From contig OZ024758.1 in assembly GCA_964016885.1 (NCBI GenBank), positions 18,910,001-18,974,000 on the forward strand: a stretch of 64,000 nt of DNA. Reading direction: 5' to 3'. The notes beneath the pieces are model-generated. The model was not told the origin of the DNA. It ran no database searches and saw only the letters and a list, made by a program, of their open reading frames with translations. This document shows positions 60,278 through 64,000 of the stretch, piece after piece; position 1 is the stretch's first letter, and every line of letters starts with the position of its first letter. A program made the position numbers and the translations under genes. Source of the DNA: Eledone cirrhosa. Taxonomy: Eukaryota.

Positions 60278-60798
60278 TATTAAAATAACAGATTAATGTT
60301 TAAGCAAAGAATCCCTGCTTTCACCCTTAACGGGATCTTCTGAAACTAACAAAGTCAATCTGTGAACGCAGAAGTTATACCATTTACTTAGTTTTGTCTT
60401 TGAACGCTATTGTTCTCCACGCTCCACATATGACGAATTATCTTCGTTTTTACTGTTCATTGCCAGAGAAGGTCTCTATGAACCACCTTACACAATATTA
60501 GTCTACGACTTCTTTTATACCATAAACGTGGTTCTGTCTTTGCGTGTAATTTTTTTTCCCCGCACCAGATAATGACGTATTATATTCGTCTTTGCCAGGG
60601 AACGTTTCCACAAACCAAAGTATCGCCTTCCTGTCTTCCTCCGGTTGCAACGCTTGTTGAAATATTCACTTCTGCGTTTACAGATTGACTCTGTTATTTT
60701 AATAAATATTTGCTCTACGGTTCTTATACATTTGATATATATTTATCCTTATCAAGCCCTCTTTCGATTTTAGTCTTCAAATTTATTATTATTACTAT
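60278..60798. mobile_element. Family D two-arm element
   Basis: Minus arm about 60278-60665. Plus arm about 60668-60798 repeats ACTTCTGCGTT..ACAGATTGACT and CTGTTATTTTAATA. TA-flanked. Confidence 0.7.
60298..60346 (-). ncRNA. Type I hammerhead with one core substitution (family D)
   Basis: GTTT-CAGAAGA-T-CCC-GTTAA-GGG-T-GAAA-GCAGGGATTCTTTGC-TT-AAAC. Confidence 0.62.
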
Positions 60799-60802
60799 AT
60801 AT

Positions 60803-60849
<47 letters not shown>

Positions 60850-60898
60850 TATATATAGTTTTGCGAGGTTTTTTATATGAAATCGCGTGTCGAAACAA

Positions 60899-61851
60899 AT
60901 ATTGTTATACTTGGGGAGGGTCATATTTGTGTAATATTGCCAGAATTAATAACAGAACACACTCACTGTTTGGTTGCTTTTCGCTTTTCGCTCCTGCATT
61001 GTTTATATCGGTTAATTTAATGTATTCGGTCCTCAAAGTTGCCAATGACTGACCAACGGTCAAAGATACAGATACAATATAAACACAAATACATATATAT
61101 AGTCTATCAAATTCTTTCGTTGCACATCTGCACCATCATCAGTACTATACGAATATGCCAGACAACAACACGACGGTAACATAGACAACATAGAAATAAC
61201 AATAATATCTAAACATAGAAAAATACCCAGAAGATAGGCAAATCAGAGAGGCCAGTGAAATAGAACTTAGAAGGCCTAGGCTAAACAGAAAGAATGAATG
61301 GAATAACGACAACACCCAAACAAACAACACTGACCTAAGTGAAGTATAAATGAATAAATAAATAAATAGATAAATAAATACATACACAAGCACAATAACA
61401 AAAAACACATATAAACACACACTAGTAAATATAGGATACATTAACCAATACACAGCCACCCAATCACGAACACACAACAAACAAAACACTATACACACAC
61501 GCAAACGCTTGCGCAAAGAAGACAAAAAAAAACAAAAAAACAAATAAATAAACATATAAACAGACTAAATAAAGATGGCGTAGACATACGATGCAACGGG
61601 AGGAAAGAATAGCACCACTGAAGTCTTGCAGATGTGCAACGAAAGAACTTTGATACACTATATATATTTGTTTGTGTGTATATTGTATCTGTATTTTTGA
61701 CCGTTGGTCAGTCAATGGCAACATTGAGGACCGAATAAATTAAATTAACCGATATAAAAGACACAGAAGCGAAAACCAACCAAACAGTGAGTGTGTTCTG
61801 TAATTAATTCTGGCAATATTACACAAATATGACCCTCCCCAAGAATAACAA
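60899..61851 (+). mobile_element. Penelope family C copy with inverted terminal (pseudo-LTR) arm
   Basis: 60899-61143 is the reverse complement of the family 3' end. 61141-61851 matches about 21042-21736 (end of GIY-YIG plus 3' region). Confidence 0.88.
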
Positions 61852-61871
61852 TATATATATATATATATATA

Positions 61872-61937
<66 letters not shown>

Positions 61938-62058
61938 GTGTATGCATGGATATACACACAGAGACATTTTAGTTTAGTTAATTGATGTGAGATCATCAGC
62001 TCAAATCCACTCTTGGCGTTTTCTTTTCTTTGCTACACGAATGAATGTAACCTACCTC

Positions 62059-62156
<98 letters not shown>

Positions 62157-62880
62157 CATTCATTGCGCTTTTAATCTCCGACCACTACAAACTACTGATG
62201 CCGATCTATTGAAACATTCTTTGATTGCGAGTTTTGTGTATGTTTGTTAGCCTCAGGACATCACAGCTAGGACAGAGATAATTCTAACCTCGATTAATAT
62301 ATATTCTTCCACATTTCCATCTTAAATCTGAAGCAAACATTAACGGTTCTTGTATATGGCTATGTTTAAAGATAAATATAAATATTTAAAAAGTGTTTTG
62401 TATCTGAGAATTGGCGTTGGTTACATGGTGTTTAGTATCAAAGTATAAATGTGTATTGCTGAAAGATACTGTCCCACAGCTGGTTCATGTTTGTGCGTGT
62501 GTTTGTGTGTGTATGTGAGTGAGTGTCTGTTTGTTTTAGTTCACCTTAGAACGCCTTTCATTGAGTAGACTGATGTGGAAGATGTTTCCTACCAAGTTTA
62601 GTGCATATTTACACTATATACTAAGAGCAGAGAACTACAGTAGCCAACATGTTCATATTAAAGCTAGATATATCTGAGCAACATGTGGCTGCTATTTCTA
62701 GCCGATCAAGTGACTACTCTGCTCTCTCCGGAGGATAGAAGTATGCAATTCGTAATTGGAAGTTAACTGCATGCAATCAAACAACAATTCCATTCATACG
62801 ATGATTGTATTTTATTGATGCTAATATTTACGTGTAGCATAATTTCTTTTCAATATTTAACCTTTAAATATATATGTGTG

Positions 62881-62928
<48 letters not shown>

Positions 62929-62965
62929 TATGTATGTATATTTCTGTGTATATGTATATATATAC

Positions 62966-63003
<38 letters not shown>

Positions 63004-63488
63004 CATATGACGATCTATAGATTTGTGTTTTAATGTGCGAATTATATCAATCAACATTGTTGCCACAGCCTCTTATCAAGACAAGCAGATGATCAGCGTG
63101 CTAGATAGATAGCGTGTACAAAAAGAATGGCATAGCTGAACAAATGTTTCAACTATTGAACTAAACACTGAAGTTAATAAGCGATATCCAATTTTAGATG
63201 TATCTCTATTATAACTCACGCATCAAATGTAATGTCTACACAACACTGCAACCAATTTATTACGTGTGTATGTATATCACTAGCAATGCTCTCCAGCCCT
63301 GGGTCCTGTATTTTCGTTGCTCTAGTAGTGCGGCTGACTGCTGACGGTATATCAGATTTGCTAAGCTGTCTGAACGTAATGTTATTACTCTGGGGTCTTT
63401 CCTCATCCGAGTGCTCAAGATACAGACCGATTATGCATATACGTTAGCTTGGCCGTATTCTAAAGCTTCGTCAATGCTGTACTAAAAT

Positions 63489-63521
<33 letters not shown>

Positions 63522-63522
63522 A

Positions 63523-63571
<49 letters not shown>

Positions 63572-63634
63572 ATATATATGTGCGTGTGTATCTATATATA
63601 TATGTGCGTGTGTATCTATATATATGTGTGTGTG

Positions 63635-63666
<32 letters not shown>

Positions 63667-64000
63667 AATGTATATGTATGTCTGGTGCCTGTTTCTCTTT
63701 TTATATGTATAATATAAATATGTAGATATACTCGCATTCATACCTGAATGCATATAAAATTACAAATGAAATATTTAAATATTAAACTGCGGCAAAACTT
63801 AAGGTCAGCTACAAGAGTCAAGAAGCAATAATTACCAATCAAATGTAAAACATAAAAACAATACAGCCATCTAAAAATATCTCTCGGTATCAGGGAAAAG
63901 CAAATATTTGAGACTAAATTAATATTAATGAGTGAAAGAAGTAACGAAATAAGGCAATTTAATAAACGTTACCGATTTTTTAAGCCAGTCGTGTCCGTTC

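Noticed and set aside
63232-63447. GC-richer 71-aa ORF as a host exon
   Set aside because: No recognisable domain or convincing splice signals on either strand.

Overview
Eukaryotic, very AT-rich, gene-poor DNA dominated by (TA)n microsatellites and transposable elements. The SINE and microsatellite content suggests an octopus or other coleoid cephalopod (inference). No host protein-coding gene is recognisable, and nearly all listed ORFs are IYIY-type microsatellite artefacts. The real coding sequence is retroelement-derived: two near-identical CR1-group LINE copies, a 5'-truncated Penelope-like element (RT plus GIY-YIG), an R4/Dong-type fragment in (AAT)n, and a probable decayed mariner transposase. 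There are also many tRNA-SINEs, MITEs and a non-autonomous Helitron. The main hidden signal is non-coding. At least nine unrelated short elements sit in or next to (TA)n tracts and carry a type I hammerhead ribozyme fold (CUGANGA...GAAA, usually with a palindromic stem III). Most have a back-to-back two-arm (fold-back) structure. The clearest case is a 466-bp tandem array at 56903-59724: about 4.4 units on the minus strand and 1.6 on the plus strand, apparently identical, with one intact minimal hammerhead per complete unit. It looks like a recent retrozyme-type insertion copied from a circular or multimeric self-cleaving RNA. All folds and alignments were done by eye and need computational and experimental confirmation.
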